Source of the DNA: an uncultured bacterium
GTDB taxonomy: Bacteria; Hydrothermota; UBA3073; NMUJ01; CBEVQO01
DNA: 64,000 nucleotides
Assembly (NCBI GenBank): GCA_965552055.1
Contig: CBEVQO010000001.1
Location: 160,001 to 224,000 of the forward strand
Direction: 5' to 3'
This document shows, in pieces, positions 1 through 11,700 of this stretch. The notes under the pieces are model-generated. The model searched no databases, was not told the origin of the DNA, and saw nothing but the letters and a program-made list of their open reading frames with translations. The first letter of the stretch is position 1, and the number at the start of each line of letters is the position of its first letter. The position numbers and the translations under genes were made by a program.

Positions 1-1
1 A

Positions 2-841
2 TCTGGTGTTGCTACAAAAGCCTCTCGTTTCAGGAAGATAGCGGGCAAAGATAAAACTTTGTTAGATTTCGGTGCAAGGAGGATGCATCCTGCTTTGGCT
101 CCTATGCTTGCACGCAATGCATATATCGGTGGATTCGATGCAGTGTCAGCTATAAAAGGAGCAGAATTGATAGGAGCAGAGCCACAGGGAACGATGCCTC
201 ATGCACTCATACTTCTACTTGGAAATTCTCAAGAGGCGATAAAAGCATTTGACGAGATAATTGATAAAAAGGTTAAAAGAGTAGCATTAATTGACACTCT
301 GGAAGATGAAAAATGGGAAGCGATAAAGGTTTGTGAAACTTTAAAAGAAAAATTATTTGGGATAAGATTTGATACACCTGGAAGCAGGCGTGGCAATTTC
401 AAAGAGATTTTAAGAGAGGTTAGATGGGAACTTGATTACAGGGGATTTAAAGATGTTAAAATTGTTGTGAGCGGTGGGATAGACGAAAAAGAAGTTGCTG
501 AACTGCGGGATATCGTAGATGCTTTTGGAATAGGAACATCATTATGTAACTCTCCGGTTATAGATTTTGCAATGGATATCGTTGAAATCGAAGGCAAACC
601 TTTTGCCAAACGCGGTAAATGGTCGGGAAGAAAAAAGTTATTAAAATGTAAAAAATGCGGTAAAAGATTGATTTATCCTTATCATAAAGAAATTAAAAAG
701 TGTGAATGTGGTGGTGAATTTGAAAATTTATTAAAACCTGTGATTAAAGAAGGGAAAATAATTTGTGATTTGCCTTCTCCGAAAGAAATAAGGGAGTATG
801 TTTTAAATCAACTTGAAGAAATAAAAATGGAGGGGAGATGA
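2..841 (+). CDS. pncB: Nicotinate phosphoribosyltransferase, 5' partial (frame is open from the window edge)
   Basis: DFGARR, GTMPH, LIDT, GIRFDT, SGGI, FGIGT and KRGKWSG motifs; C-terminal Cys ribbon; frame reads SGVATKASR from position 2. Confidence 0.9.
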   Translation, partial: SGVATKASRFRKIAGKDKTLLDFGARRMHPALAPMLARNAYIGGFDAVSAIKGAELIGAEPQGTMPHALILLLGNSQEAIKAFDEIIDKKVKRVALIDTLEDEKWEAIKVCETLKEKLFGIRFDTPGSRRGNFKEILREVRWELDYRGFKDVKIVVSGGIDEKEVAELRDIVDAFGIGTSLCNSPVIDFAMDIVEIEGKPFAKRGKWSGRKKLLKCKKCGKRLIYPYHKEIKKCECGGEFENLLKPVIKEGKIICDLPSPKEIREYVLNQLEEIKMEGR

Positions 842-1980
842 GGTATTATCTGACATCAGAATCTGTAGCAGAGGGTCATCCAGATAAAATCTGTGACCAG
901 ATATCGGATGCTGTTCTTGATGCTATTCTTGAGAAGGATAAATACGCAAGGGTCGCATGCGAATGCTTTGTCACAAGGGGACTCTGTGTGGTAGCAGGTG
1001 AGATAACAACAGAAAGCTATGTCGATATACCGACAATTGTGAGAGAAGTTTTAAAGGATATAGGTTACACTGACCCTGCTTATGGATTTGATTACAGGAG
1101 TTGTGCGATTCTAACAGCGATTCAAGAGCAGTCACCAGATATTGCACTTGGAGTGGATAAGGGAGGAGCAGGAGACCAGGGAATAATGTATGGATATGCT
1201 GTGAGAGAGACACCAGAATTGATGCCTTTACCCATAACCCTTGCCCATAAACTTGTAAGAAGATTGGCAGAAGTAAGAAAGACAGGTTTGCTCAGTTATT
1301 TGCGCCCAGATGGAAAATCACAGGTTACCGTTGAATATGAAGATGGAAAACCTTTAAGAGTTACGGCGGTTGTTCTCTCTGCACAGCATGACCCAGATGT
1401 TGATATCGAAAAATTGAGAAAAGATTTAAGAGAATATGTAATCGAAGAAGTTATTCCAAAGGATTTACTTTCGAAAGATACAAAATATTATATAAATCCG
1501 ACGGGCAAATTTGTTATAGGAGGTCCGCAGGGAGACACAGGGCTCACAGGCAGGAAAGTTACGATTGACACTTATGGAGGCGTTACCCGTCATGGTGGTG
1601 GTTGCTTCTCTGGAAAAGACCCAACAAAGGTGGACCGTTCTGCAGCATATATGGCACGCTACATTGCAAAAAACATAGTGAAAGCAGGATTAGCAGATAA
1701 ATGCGAGGTGCAACTTGCTTATGCAATCGGTGTCGCAGAACCTGTTGCGGTAAATATTGATACATACGGGACAGGGAAAATACCGGATGAAAAGCTCGCA
1801 AAAATAGTTAGAAAAGTATTTCCATTAACTCCAAGGGGCATAATCGAAGAATTAAAATTGTTACGCCCAATTTACAGAAGAACAGCATGTTATGGACACT
1901 TTGGAAGAGAGGAAGAAGGATTTACTTGGGAATTAACCGATAAAGTCCATACTTTAAAAGAACTGGCAGAAATAGATTAG
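838..1980 (+). CDS. metK: S-adenosylmethionine synthetase
   Basis: [40 protein letters not shown]. Confidence 0.98.
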   Translation: MRYYLTSESVAEGHPDKICDQISDAVLDAILEKDKYARVACECFVTRGLCVVAGEITTESYVDIPTIVREVLKDIGYTDPAYGFDYRSCAILTAIQEQSPDIALGVDKGGAGDQGIMYGYAVRETPELMPLPITLAHKLVRRLAEVRKTGLLSYLRPDGKSQVTVEYEDGKPLRVTAVVLSAQHDPDVDIEKLRKDLREYVIEEVIPKDLLSKDTKYYINPTGKFVIGGPQGDTGLTGRKVTIDTYGGVTRHGGGCFSGKDPTKVDRSAAYMARYIAKNIVKAGLADKCEVQLAYAIGVAEPVAVNIDTYGTGKIPDEKLAKIVRKVFPLTPRGIIEELKLLRPIYRRTACYGHFGREEEGFTWELTDKVHTLKELAEID

Positions 1981-1988
1981 GAGGGGCT

Positions 1989-3179
1989 ATGAAAACATGG
2001 GATTACATAAAATTAGAGGAAGATTTTGGAGCAAGGAATTATAAACCTTTGCCTGTTGTAATCTCGAAAGCAAAAGGTTGCTGGGTATGGGATGTTGAAG
2101 GAAAAAAATACCTTGATATGCTTAGCGCTTACTCTGCTGTAAATCAGGGGCATCTGCATCCAAAGATTGTGAAAGCAGCAGAAGAGCAGTTGAAAAGAGT
2201 AACCCTTACATCCCGTGCATTCTACAATGATAAATTACCTTTATTCTTAAAGAAAGTTTGCGAAGTTACAGGTATGGAGATGGCTCTTCCTATGAATACA
2301 GGAGCAGAAGCCGTTGAAACTGCTTTAAAGGCTGCAAGAAAATGGGGATACTATGTAAAGGGTGTAAAGAAAAACAGAGCAGAAATTATCGTAGCGCAAA
2401 ATAATTTCCATGGAAGAACTATAACCGTTATTTCTTTCTCTACGGAGGAGCAATACAGGGATGGATTCGGACCTTTTACTCCCGGGTTTGAGATTGTGCC
2501 TTTTGGTGATGCAGAAGCAATTGAAAAGCGTTTCACAGAGAATACAGTTGCTGTAATGCTTGAACCGATTCAGGCAGAAGGCGGTATAATAGTGCCGCCA
2601 GATGGATATTTGAGAGAAGTAAGGGATATTTGCAAGCGCCATAATGCACTTTTTATCCTTGATGAAATACAAACAGGTCTCGGCAGGACAGGGAAGATGT
2701 TTGCATGGGAATGGGATGATGCGAAGCCCGACATGATAATACTCGGTAAATCACTCGGAGGAGGTGTAATACCTGTATCTGTTGTTGCATCTTCAAAAGA
2801 AGTTTTAGGAGTTTTCCGTCCGGGTGACCATGGTTCCACATTTGGAGGAAATCCATTAGCTTCAGCAGTGGGAATCGCATCACTCGATGTAATAATTGAA
2901 GAAAAATTACCGGATAGAGCAAAAGAACTTGGTGAATACTTTATGAATAAACTGAAAGAACTGGAAGGTCATCCGGATATAAAAGAGATAAGAGGAAAGG
3001 GTTTACTCATCGGTATAGAACTTAAAAAGCCTGCAAGAGAATATGCAGAAAAATTGAAAGAAGAAGGGCTACTTTGTAAAGAAACTCACGAATATGTTTT
3101 AAGATTGGCACCTCCTCTTGTAATCAAAAAAGAAGAAATTGATTGGGCATTTGAACGGCTGAAAAAAGTATTTTCATAA
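1989..3179 (+). CDS. rocD: Ornithine aminotransferase
   Basis: [44 protein letters not shown]. Confidence 0.93.
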   Translation: MKTWDYIKLEEDFGARNYKPLPVVISKAKGCWVWDVEGKKYLDMLSAYSAVNQGHLHPKIVKAAEEQLKRVTLTSRAFYNDKLPLFLKKVCEVTGMEMALPMNTGAEAVETALKAARKWGYYVKGVKKNRAEIIVAQNNFHGRTITVISFSTEEQYRDGFGPFTPGFEIVPFGDAEAIEKRFTENTVAVMLEPIQAEGGIIVPPDGYLREVRDICKRHNALFILDEIQTGLGRTGKMFAWEWDDAKPDMIILGKSLGGGVIPVSVVASSKEVLGVFRPGDHGSTFGGNPLASAVGIASLDVIIEEKLPDRAKELGEYFMNKLKELEGHPDIKEIRGKGLLIGIELKKPAREYAEKLKEEGLLCKETHEYVLRLAPPLVIKKEEIDWAFERLKKVFS

Positions 3180-3878
3180 GAATCTTTTGTAAAACTCGAT
3201 TACTTCTGCAGGACTTCCTATTTTTTTCAAATAACCATCTTTAATTAGCATAACTCTATCGCAATACTTTTTAATTAAGTTGAGATTATGAGAGGCAAAA
3301 ATTATCGTTTTATTTTGTTTTTTTATTTCTTCAATCTTTTGGAAACATTTTTCCTGAAACTCTTCATCACCTACCACAAGCACTTCGTCAACTACAAGTA
3401 CATCAAAATCAGTATGTACTGCAACGGAAAAACCAAGACGAACGAACATTCCCGTAGACAAAAATTTAACAGGCATATCAAGAAACTGTCGCAGACCCGA
3501 AAAGTCTATTATTGAATCTATTTTATTTTTTATCTCACGCTGACTCATACCAAGAATTGTGCCAGATAAAAAGATATTTTCATAAACGGATAAATCTTCG
3601 TGAAAACCAACGCCAATTTCTATGAGATTTGAAACTTTACCCTTTACTATTACTCTACCTTTATCAGGTTTTAAAATTCCGGCAATTAATTTTAAAATTG
3701 TAGTTTTACCTGCTCCATTTGGACCTATTATTCCAAACATTTCTCCCTTATAAACTACAAAGCTAATATCTTTCAATGCCCAGATTATCTCTCCCCTTCC
3801 GAAAATATCACGCAAAGATGAATAAGGTCGCCTCCTGAAACATTCACTTACTTTATCAAAAATTACAACTTCATGCAT
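3174..3878 (-). CDS. Polysaccharide-export ABC transporter ATPase (Wzt/TagH-like)
   Basis: Walker [22 protein letters not shown] signature, DEVLVVGD; coupled to the permease gene. Confidence 0.9.
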   Translation of the reverse strand: MHEVVIFDKVSECFRRRPYSSLRDIFGRGEIIWALKDISFVVYKGEMFGIIGPNGAGKTTILKLIAGILKPDKGRVIVKGKVSNLIEIGVGFHEDLSVYENIFLSGTILGMSQREIKNKIDSIIDFSGLRQFLDMPVKFLSTGMFVRLGFSVAVHTDFDVLVVDEVLVVGDEEFQEKCFQKIEEIKKQNKTIIFASHNLNLIKKYCDRVMLIKDGYLKKIGSPAEVIEFYKRFL

Positions 3879-4653
3879 TTTTAGGTAACAAATGTTCTAA
3901 TTTATGGAAAATACTTAGACCCAAAATGAAAGTAAAAAGCGCCCATAGAATAGCGGTAAAAGTAACATCAAAAGAAGGCAATTTTGAATTTATTAAAATA
4001 GAACGATGAAGAACACAGAGAGAGGATGCGGGATTTAAATAAAGCAAAAATTTAAATTTTTTCCCCCATAAAGATACAGGATAAAATACCGGAGTTAAAA
4101 AAAGCCATACAGTTGATAAAATGTTAAATGCAAAGCCAACATCCCTGAAAAAGAAGTTACCTAAGGATAATAATAAGCCTGCACCTATTGCAAATAAAAA
4201 AAGAAGTAAACCACAAAAAGGGAGGTAGAAAAGATTTAAACCTATCTTGATTTTATGAAATATAAGTAAAAAAATACTTATAACCCAGCCGACAAGCAAA
4301 TAATGGAATTTTGAGAGAACAGAACAGATAGGCAAAACCTCTCGGGGAAAATATACGCTTTTTATCAAAAAGGAATTAATTTTTAAAGATTCTGATGCTG
4401 AATTCAAAGAAGAAATTATAAAAAACCATGGTACAATACCTGATATCGCGAAAACAGGATAAGGTATTCCTTCAACTCCAAATCTTGGAAATCTGCTAAA
4501 AATTATTATGAATACAAAGAGAGTAAAAAGAGGGAGAAAAATAACCCATAAAAATGAAAATATGGCTCCTTTGTATCCTGCCTTTAAATCACGAAGAAAA
4601 ATATACCAGACTAAATCTTTGCGTTGAATTAACTCTTTTAAACTTTCAATCAT
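3871..4653 (-). CDS. Polysaccharide-export ABC-2 permease (Wzm/TagG-like)
   Basis: RDLKAGY, YFPRE, FFRD, TPVFYP, LNP motifs; several TM segments. Confidence 0.9.
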   Translation of the reverse strand: MIESLKELIQRKDLVWYIFLRDLKAGYKGAIFSFLWVIFLPLFTLFVFIIIFSRFPRFGVEGIPYPVFAISGIVPWFFIISSLNSASESLKINSFLIKSVYFPREVLPICSVLSKFHYLLVGWVISIFLLIFHKIKIGLNLFYLPFCGLLLFLFAIGAGLLLSLGNFFFRDVGFAFNILSTVWLFLTPVFYPVSLWGKKFKFLLYLNPASSLCVLHRSILINSKLPSFDVTFTAILWALFTFILGLSIFHKLEHLLPKNA

Positions 4654-4658
4654 CTGTA

Positions 4659-4685
4659 ATTATAATTCCTTTCAATATTTGTCAA
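4659..4685 (-). promoter_or_regulatory. sigma70-type promoter TTGACA-N15-TATAAT for wzm; ATG 5 nt downstream
   Basis: Perfect consensus hexamers in a divergent intergenic region. Confidence 0.8.
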
Positions 4686-4695
4686 TAATTTTTGC

Positions 4696-4722
4696 TTGAC
4701 ATTTCTGAAGGATAGGTAAAAT
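4696..4722 (+). promoter_or_regulatory. sigma70-type promoter TTGACA-N15-TAAAAT for recA
   Basis: Hexamers read directly; GGAGG RBS follows. Confidence 0.75.
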
Positions 4723-4739
4723 AAGTAATAGGAGGGAAT

Positions 4740-5765
4740 ATGTCTGATAAAAGTGACAAAAAGAAGATATTGGAGGAAGCCAGGAAGCAAATTGAGAAGC
4801 GTTTTGGCACGGGTGCAATAATTCGTTTTGGAGAAAAAAAGGTGTCAGAGATTTCTCCTGAAGATGTTATTCCTACGGGTGCGCTGTCGCTTGATATCGC
4901 ACTGGGAGTAGGCGGCTATCCCAGAGGCAGAATTATTGAAATATACGGTGCTGAAGCAACAGGCAAAACGACCCTTGTTTTACATGCAATAGCAGAGGTG
5001 CAAAAAAGAGGAGGAACAGCTGTTTTTGTAGATACCGAACATGCTTTCGACCCTTCTTATGCAAAAAGTATAGGAGTAAATGTAGATGAACTTTATCTTT
5101 CACAGCCAGATTATGCTGAACAGGCTCTTGAAATCGCAGAAACCATGATAAGAAGCGGTGCTGTTGATTTGATAGCCGTTGATTCAGTTGCAGCACTCGT
5201 ACCCGAAGCAGAAGTAAAAGGCGAAATGGGAGAGTCACAAATAGGTTTGCAGGCAAGATTAATGTCTCATGCACTGAGAAAATTAACAGGAGCTCTTAAT
5301 AAATCAAGGACATGTGCGATTTTTACAAATCAAATAAGATATAAAATTCAAACATGGGGATATGGAGGTGAGCAAACCACGACACCGGGCGGACTCGCAC
5401 TTAAATTTTATGCTTCTGTAAGAATTGAATTGAAAAGAATAACATCAATAAAAGATACAAAAGAAGATAGAGTTATAGGCAACAGGATAAAAATGAAAAT
5501 CGTCAAAAATAAAGTAGCACCACCTTATAGGGAAGCAGAAGTTGATATAATTTTTGGTGAAGGATTTAATAAAATTGGTGATGTGCTTGACCTTGCAGAA
5601 AAAGAAAAAATAGTTGCAAAATCAGGAGCATGGTATTCCTATGGAACCACAAAATTGGGTCAGGGAAGGGCAAATGCAATTGAATATCTCAAAAAACACC
5701 AGGAAATTTTAAAAGAAATAGAGAATAAATTAAGAGAAAAATACGGTTTACCAAAAATAGAGTGA
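4740..5765 (+). CDS. recA: Recombinase A
   Basis: [51 protein letters not shown]. Confidence 0.99.
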   Translation: MSDKSDKKKILEEARKQIEKRFGTGAIIRFGEKKVSEISPEDVIPTGALSLDIALGVGGYPRGRIIEIYGAEATGKTTLVLHAIAEVQKRGGTAVFVDTEHAFDPSYAKSIGVNVDELYLSQPDYAEQALEIAETMIRSGAVDLIAVDSVAALVPEAEVKGEMGESQIGLQARLMSHALRKLTGALNKSRTCAIFTNQIRYKIQTWGYGGEQTTTPGGLALKFYASVRIELKRITSIKDTKEDRVIGNRIKMKIVKNKVAPPYREAEVDIIFGEGFNKIGDVLDLAEKEKIVAKSGAWYSYGTTKLGQGRANAIEYLKKHQEILKEIENKLREKYGLPKIE

Positions 5766-6496
5766 TAAAACTCCGGGATGTAAAATTTTTAAGAAAAAAT
5801 TTTGAGTTAAAAGTAAATTTTGAGATTAAAAAAGGGGAATTTCTCGGAATAATAGGCCCCAATGGTAGCGGTAAAACGACGCTTTTACTCTTAATGTGTA
5901 ATATTTTGAAGCCAAATGACGGAGAGATTTTTTTATTCGATAAAAGAATAGAAGAATACAGCAGGCTGGAGATAGGCAGGAGAATTGCATTTTTACCACA
6001 GAGGATAGATTTTATATACGATTTTAAAGTGTTTGATACGATACTTATGGGGCGATATCCTCATTCTGTTTATTGTAATAAAAAGGAAGATTTTGAGATT
6101 GCAGAAAAAGCATTGAAAGATTGTGGGATTTATCACTTGAAAGATAGATATTTGAGTGAGTTATCAGGAGGCGAACTCCAGCTTACCCGCATTGCCCGTG
6201 CTTTGGCGCAATCAACCCAGATATTACTGCTGGATGAACCTGCACAAAATCTGGATATAAATCACATAATACAGATATTTGAATTGCTCAAAAAATTAAA
6301 TGAAGAAGGTCTAACCATAATCTGTACTTCCCATGAGATAAATATAACTTTAAACTATTTTAAGAGGATTATTTTACTTGATGAAGGTAAAATAGTTTAT
6401 GATGGTGAACCTTCTTCCGAAGATTTAGCGCGAAATTTGCGAAAAACTTTTAAAATAAAAGATGAATTCTCATGGGTGCTTGGAGTTTTCGCTTGA
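5762..6496 (+). CDS. ABC transporter ATPase, iron-siderophore/cobalamin (FepC-like) family
   Basis: [25 protein letters not shown]. Confidence 0.85.
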   Translation: MIKLRDVKFLRKNFELKVNFEIKKGEFLGIIGPNGSGKTTLLLLMCNILKPNDGEIFLFDKRIEEYSRLEIGRRIAFLPQRIDFIYDFKVFDTILMGRYPHSVYCNKKEDFEIAEKALKDCGIYHLKDRYLSELSGGELQLTRIARALAQSTQILLLDEPAQNLDINHIIQIFELLKKLNEEGLTIICTSHEINITLNYFKRIILLDEGKIVYDGEPSSEDLARNLRKTFKIKDEFSWVLGVFA

Positions 6497-6519
6497 CAAA
6501 TTGCTTTTTTCTTTAAATT
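6493..6519 (+). promoter_or_regulatory. sigma70-type promoter TTGACA-N15-TAAATT for the R-M pair; ATG 6 nt downstream
   Basis: Hexamers read directly. Confidence 0.6.
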
Positions 6520-6525
6520 ATTTTG

Positions 6526-7182
6526 ATGGAAGATTTTAAGAAATTTTTACAAAATATTCCTGACATTTATTCAGCTCAATCTAAATTTTATCCAACTATA
6601 ATACAGGAATTTTTATACTATCTTTTTAAAGATTTACTTGAGGATTTAAACAAAAGGTATAATGAGGATTCGAAGTATGAAATAATGATAGGTGCTGATG
6701 TGGATGCTTATACTAATCTTTATTTTGCTCCGCGCAGTTTTGCTTCCTTCAAGAAAGAAGCCAATGTAAGAATTAATGTCAAAAATCAGGATTTCGCAAT
6801 TTACAGAGAGGCTATTATTTCGGTGGACGAAGAGGAAAGTAAAAAAGTTAAAATACCTGTAGTTTGTATTGAGTGTAAAACATATCTCGATAAAACTATG
6901 TTAGAAGGTTCAATAGCTACCGCTGAAAAAATAAAAAGTGGAAATCCTTATTGCCTTTTTGTAGTATTATGTGAAACTTATGAAGTTACATATAATGTTG
7001 ACCCGGCATATTCAAGAATAGACCAAATTTTTGTGATGAGAAAACAAAAGAGAAGGAGCGTCAATTTAAATGCAATTCAAAATGATGTTATTTTAAAACT
7101 TTTTATTTTCATAAAGGAACATCTCGAAAGAGACTGGTCAGAGGTCGAGCAAAAATTAACGAAAGAAGGCATAATAATATGA
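6526..7182 (+). CDS. Bpu10I-family type II restriction endonuclease (possibly shortened at the N-terminus)
   Basis: SAQSKF..I.EF, KNQDFAI, IECKTYLDKTM PD-(D/E)XK-type motif; next to a methyltransferase. Confidence 0.8.
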   Translation: MEDFKKFLQNIPDIYSAQSKFYPTIIQEFLYYLFKDLLEDLNKRYNEDSKYEIMIGADVDAYTNLYFAPRSFASFKKEANVRINVKNQDFAIYREAIISVDEEESKKVKIPVVCIECKTYLDKTMLEGSIATAEKIKSGNPYCLFVVLCETYEVTYNVDPAYSRIDQIFVMRKQKRRSVNLNAIQNDVILKLFIFIKEHLERDWSEVEQKLTKEGIII

Positions 7183-8075
7183 AGGAAGAAAAAATAAAGA
7201 ATAAAGGGATTAAAGAGAAAATTCGCAAGGGAACCAAATTTGAGAAGCGTACCATAAAAGTGGAAGAACCAGAGGAAATTCAAAAGTTTATAAATACAAT
7301 AATATGCGGAGATGCAGAAAGGGTACTAAAAGATATTCCGCCAAATTCCATCGATTTAATAGTAACATCCCCTCCTTATAATTTTGGTCAGCATTATGTG
7401 GGAGACCCCTTTAATGACACTATGGAATGGAATGCTTATTTCGAGAAGTTAATGAGAATCTGGAAAGAATGTTATCGAGTTTTAAAACCCGGTGGTAGAA
7501 TTTGTATAAATGTACAACCTTTATTTTCTGATTATATACCAACTCATCATATTATTTCAAATCAGTTGTTAAAAATAGGTTTTCTATGGAAAGCAGAGAT
7601 TTTGTGGGAAAAAAGTAATTATAATGCAAAATACACAGCATGGGGAAGCTGGAAATCTCCTTCTATGCCGTATCTTAAATACACATGGGAATTCATCGAA
7701 ATATTCGATAAAGAAACGCATAAAAAAGCAGGTGAGCCAGAAAATATTGATATTACTGAAGAAGAATTTAAACAATGGGTTTACGCTAAATGGGAATTCC
7801 CAGGTGAAACAAGGATGAAAAAATTTGGACATCCAGCTATGTTCCCAGAAGAACTACCTAAAAGATTGATAAAATTATTTTCCTATAGAGGCGATATAGT
7901 GCTTGACCCTTTCAATGGTGTGGGTACAACAACTTTAGTAGCATTTCGACTACAGAGAAGATTTATTGGAATCGATATATCCTATGAATATTGTGAAAAA
8001 GCAATTGAAAGAATAAAGAAAGAATTTAATATGTTCTCGACTAATATAAGATTAATAGATTACAGGAATAAATAA
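7179..8075 (+). CDS. Site-specific DNA amino-methyltransferase, beta class (SPPY, probably m4C)
   Basis: DLIVTSPPY precedes HPAMFP and VLDPFNGVGTT. Confidence 0.9.
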   Translation: MKEEKIKNKGIKEKIRKGTKFEKRTIKVEEPEEIQKFINTIICGDAERVLKDIPPNSIDLIVTSPPYNFGQHYVGDPFNDTMEWNAYFEKLMRIWKECYRVLKPGGRICINVQPLFSDYIPTHHIISNQLLKIGFLWKAEILWEKSNYNAKYTAWGSWKSPSMPYLKYTWEFIEIFDKETHKKAGEPENIDITEEEFKQWVYAKWEFPGETRMKKFGHPAMFPEELPKRLIKLFSYRGDIVLDPFNGVGTTTLVAFRLQRRFIGIDISYEYCEKAIERIKKEFNMFSTNIRLIDYRNK

Positions 8076-8076
8076 C

Positions 8077-10161
8077 TTGGTTGTAAAAGTAGCAGTTGAT
8101 ACAGGTGAATTCGTTTATAAAGTCCCTGACGAATTAAAGGGAATTATAAAAATTGGAAGTGTGGTAAAAGTTAAATTACGAAAAAAAGAAAAAATCGGCT
8201 TTGTAACAGAGATAAATCCAGAATACAAAAAGGGTATTATTTTGAAATATGTGGACGATGTTATAAAGGAATTCATGCCTTTGCCTGAGCGCCTTATAAA
8301 ATTCGCAAAATGGTGCGCAAATTATTATGCAGGTGAAACAGGAAAAATATTGAAATCCGCCATTCCAAAATTGATAAAAGAAAAACTAAATGTATATGTG
8401 AAACTTAAAGAACTTCCCCAAATAGAATCGGAAAAAGAGAAAATCCTCGCAAAATTGCTTTTAACAAGGATATTTGGTGTAAAATTGAAAGAAATAGAAG
8501 GGAAAGATAGGCGGAAAATATCTTCTTTACCAGTTGAATACATTGTAAAAAGAGAATATAAATTGCCAGAAGTTAAATTCAAAACAGAAGAAAAGCCACC
8601 ACAAAAATTAACGAGTTATCAGGAAAAAGCCCTTGAGAAAATTTTACCGCAAATAAAAAAGCACGCTTTTAAAGTTTTTTTGTTACACGGAGTTAACGGC
8701 AGTGGCAAGACCGAAGTTTATATGAGGGTGATTGAAGAAGTTTTGAAAATGGGTAAAACTGCGATTTTACTTACTCCTGAAATCTCTCTAACAACCCAGA
8801 TGCTACAGCGCTTCGAAGCACGCTTTGGCGAAAAAGTAGGAGTATGGCATTCAAGATTGTCCGATAGAGAAAGATTCGACATTTATCACGAAATAGTATC
8901 CGGTAAAAAGAGGATAATAATAGGTGCAAGGAGTGTTATTTTCCTTCCATTAAAAGCTGTAGGTGTTATAATTTGTGATGAAGAACATGATACTTCTTAT
9001 AAGCATGAAGAGAGTCCTCGTTATAACGCAAGGGTATCCGCTGTTATGCGTGCAAGGGCAGAGAAATGCGTTTGCATACTGGGAACAGCAACACCTTCAC
9101 TCGAAACATATCAAAATGCCTTAAAAGGTAAATTTGAATTAATAGAACTACCAGAAAGAGTAGATGGTGCACCATTGCCAGAGATAAAAATAATTGATAT
9201 GAGAAAAGAAGAAAACAAGATAATTTCTGATTATCTACGCGAGAAAATCATAGAAAAAGTTAAAAAAGGCGAAAAAATAATTTTGTTTTTAAATAGAAGA
9301 GGTTATGCAAATTATCTCTTATGTCGTGATTGTGGATATGTGCCGAGATGCCAAAAATGTGACATCTCTTTGACTTTGCATTTAAAAGACAAAGTTTTGC
9401 GATGCCATTATTGTGGATATAGACAGGAACTACCCGACACATGCCCAGAATGTGGGTCAGCAGAATTTATCTATGCAGGTGCTGGAACAGAAAGGGTAGA
9501 GGAAGAGATAAAAAAAATTTTACCAAAAGTAAAACTCGTAAGGATGGATTTGGATACCGTCACTTATAAAGATGCTTACTGGGATAAAATACACGCATTT
9601 GAAAGCGGAGCTCAAATTTTGCTCGGAACTCAAATGGTGGTGCATGGTTTACATTTTCCAAAAGTATCTCTATGTGCGATTATAAATATCGATAATCTTT
9701 TGACATTACCAGATTTCAGGGCTTATGAGCGTGTATTCCAGCTTGTGATGCAAACTGCAGGAAGAGCAGGAAGAGGAGGGATACCTGGTGAAGTGATATT
9801 ACAAACTTTTATGCCAGAACACCCTTTGATGAAATTTATAAGAAATTATGACTATAAAGGATTTTTCAAATGGGAGATAAAAAGAAGAAAAGAATTGAAT
9901 TATCCGCCTTTCACACATTTAATCAGGATAGTGGTTGAAAGAAGGAAGCGTGATTCAGCAAAAGAAGTTTGCGAGAAATTAAAAGAAGAACTTGAAGACA
10001 AAGCAGATGTAATAGGGTATTCTATATGCCCGATTGAGAAGAGGTCAAATCTTTACCGCTATCATCTATTGTTGAGAACAGAAAATCCACTAAAGATAAC
10101 ACCATTTTTAAAAAATTTAAAAGGAGTAAAAATAGATGTAGACCCAATTGATATTATGTAA
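8077..10161 (+). CDS. priA: Primosomal protein N'
   Basis: GVNGSGKTEVY, DEEHD, LNRRGY, four CxxC pairs, AGRAGR, DVDP. Confidence 0.97.
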   Translation: MVVKVAVDTGEFVYKVPDELKGIIKIGSVVKVKLRKKEKIGFVTEINPEYKKGIILKYVDDVIKEFMPLPERLIKFAKWCANYYAGETGKILKSAIPKLIKEKLNVYVKLKELPQIESEKEKILAKLLLTRIFGVKLKEIEGKDRRKISSLPVEYIVKREYKLPEVKFKTEEKPPQKLTSYQEKALEKILPQIKKHAFKVFLLHGVNGSGKTEVYMRVIEEVLKMGKTAILLTPEISLTTQMLQRFEARFGEKVGVWHSRLSDRERFDIYHEIVSGKKRIIIGARSVIFLPLKAVGVIICDEEHDTSYKHEESPRYNARVSAVMRARAEKCVCILGTATPSLETYQNALKGKFELIELPERVDGAPLPEIKIIDMRKEENKIISDYLREKIIEKVKKGEKIILFLNRRGYANYLLCRDCGYVPRCQKCDISLTLHLKDKVLRCHYCGYRQELPDTCPECGSAEFIYAGAGTERVEEEIKKILPKVKLVRMDLDTVTYKDAYWDKIHAFESGAQILLGTQMVVHGLHFPKVSLCAIINIDNLLTLPDFRAYERVFQLVMQTAGRAGRGGIPGEVILQTFMPEHPLMKFIRNYDYKGFFKWEIKRRKELNYPPFTHLIRIVVERRKRDSAKEVCEKLKEELEDKADVIGYSICPIEKRSNLYRYHLLLRTENPLKITPFLKNLKGVKIDVDPIDIM

Positions 10162-10474
10162 TTTACAATTATTAGCCCTTTACCCGTGATAAAATGAGGT
10201 TATCCCTAACCACTTGGGGTGTAGCGAAATGCCTATATGTAACAGGACTTCGAGAACATTAAAAATTTAACACAAAAATTAAAAATTTTTATTACCTTAA
10301 TTGCCTAACACATCTGCGATATAAAGGGTATTGCCACTGCTTCAGCGAGATTGCCAGGCAAATTTGAAATCACATCACATGACACCGCTGAAACAGCTTA
10401 CATAAATGTAGATTCAGATTTTACAGTTAGTTGGTCAACTCCAACCTATACAAATTTTTATTCAATTTATTTTT

Positions 10475-10747
10475 ATAATATCCGAGGTGTTGATAGAAAC
10501 CCTTGCTCTGATATGGCGAAGAATAGGCAAAGATATGGCTAAAAAGATAGGTAAATGGTTGTTGGAAAATTTCAATGTATATTGGGTGATCGGAGATGAA
10601 TTTAAAGAAGTTCTTGAAAAATCCAATCAAAAAGGATTATCTTTTGTAGATTCTTTTTTACTGCACATTGCATTTAAAGAGAAAGGAAGCATCCTGACAT
10701 TCGACGAAAAGATGAAAGCAGCAGGTAGAGGCATAATCTTTATTTAA
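10475..10747 (+). pseudogene. PIN-domain (VapC-like) gene missing its N-terminus
   Basis: VLIET, LSFVDS and LTFD acidic motifs present; first PIN Asp strand absent; upstream DNA encodes an unrelated fragment. Confidence 0.6.
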
Positions 10748-10751
10748 AATT

Positions 10752-11183
10752 TTAAACCCAGAATTGAGGCGGGAAACTTTTTCTTAATTTTTGTTCGCCT
10801 CTGAAACGCCGGATTCCTTCACCAACATCTTCTATTGCTATTTTCAAAGCAGACGCCAGTTTATCACTTATTATAACTTCACGCTCATGGCTCATTATGG
10901 TGCAGATGCATTTTACTTCTTCCGTCTCTTTATCTTCTGTTATGATTTTCACCCAAACGGCATCGGGAATTGAATAACAACTTAACACCTCTCCACCAGC
11001 GATTTCATATTTTTCAATACGAGCGTTTTCTATTAACTGTGGATTTATATCAAGTTTTTCCGCTACTTTAAGAGGAATTATTACCTCTGGAGCATCACTC
11101 CTGAAGCCTGAATTCACAAGAGCAATAGTTTCAATTTCCTTACCAGTTTGAGATTTAATCTTTATTTTTATGTTTACCGCCAT
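10752..11183 (-). CDS. Retropepsin-like (clan AA) protein with NSG in place of the catalytic D(T/S)G
   Basis: ETIALVNSGF...IPLKVAEKL...EVIISD pattern resembles archaeal-type aspartyl-protease-fold proteins. Confidence 0.6.
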   Translation of the reverse strand: MAVNIKIKIKSQTGKEIETIALVNSGFRSDAPEVIIPLKVAEKLDINPQLIENARIEKYEIAGGEVLSCYSIPDAVWVKIITEDKETEEVKCICTIMSHEREVIISDKLASALKIAIEDVGEGIRRFRGEQKLRKSFPPQFWV

Positions 11184-11250
11184 CCTTTAAATGTGTAATT
11201 TTTAAAACTCTTTTCAAAATTATCTTGTAAATTTTGCCAACTCTTTTCAT
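11155..11250 (-). CDS. 31-aa leaderless mini-ORF (MKRVGKIYKIILKRVLKITHLKDGGKHKNKD), probably a remnant of a partner gene
   Basis: ATG lies 5 nt after a TAAAAT -10; 3' end overlaps the start of the retropepsin-like gene. Confidence 0.4.
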   Translation of the reverse strand: MKRVGKIYKIILKRVLKITHLKDGGKHKNKD

Positions 11251-11255
11251 CTTTA

Positions 11256-11282
11256 ATTTTATTGAAAAGAGAAAAATGTCAA
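11256..11282 (-). promoter_or_regulatory. sigma70-type promoter TTGACA-N15-TAAAAT
   Basis: Hexamers read directly. Confidence 0.7.
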
Positions 11283-11284
11283 GC

Positions 11285-11700
11285 TCGTATGGTGCCCCAA
11301 TCCCTTAAAAATTTTGTAAAACGCACGGGCACCGCCTTGTGAATATCCAAGGATATAAATCTTTTCTTCATCTATTGAATATCTTTCTTTCACAAAATTT
11401 AATGCACTCATTATTCTTTTTCATCGTCTTGCAAAGTGCTCCATGCGAAAGATGTTTTACTCTCACCTTTGTGGCATAAGGGCAACATAATATTAAGCCC
11501 AATTCCGTTAATTTCTGTAAGCCTTTTGAAAAATTATCGGGATTGCCACCATATCCGTGCAATGCTATCAACAAAGGATATTTTTACTTTTCTCGTATTT
11601 TTCTGGTAATTTCACAACAGGCAACCATTGTTTTCCTTTTTAATTTTTTGAGCTCCTCTTTTTGCTTTTTGCTCCAATTCCGCACATCCTAAATAAGGAA
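11285..11700 (-). pseudogene. Frameshifted alpha/beta-hydrolase (phospholipase/carboxylesterase) remnant
   Basis: VKLPEKYEKS, YPLLIALHGYGG and YSIDEEKIYILGYSQGG are separated by frameshifts; C-terminal half missing. Confidence 0.8.

Noticed and set aside
4686..4739. LexA box at the recA promoter
   Set aside because: No recognisable palindrome of the known LexA box types
4740..5765. Intein or intron in recA (rpoB, rpoC and priA also checked)
   Set aside because: Lengths are normal and no splicing motifs were seen
10170..10260. Slightly GC-richer intergenic stretch as a possible ncRNA or riboswitch
   Set aside because: No convincing stems or known motif by eye; needs an Rfam/Infernal search
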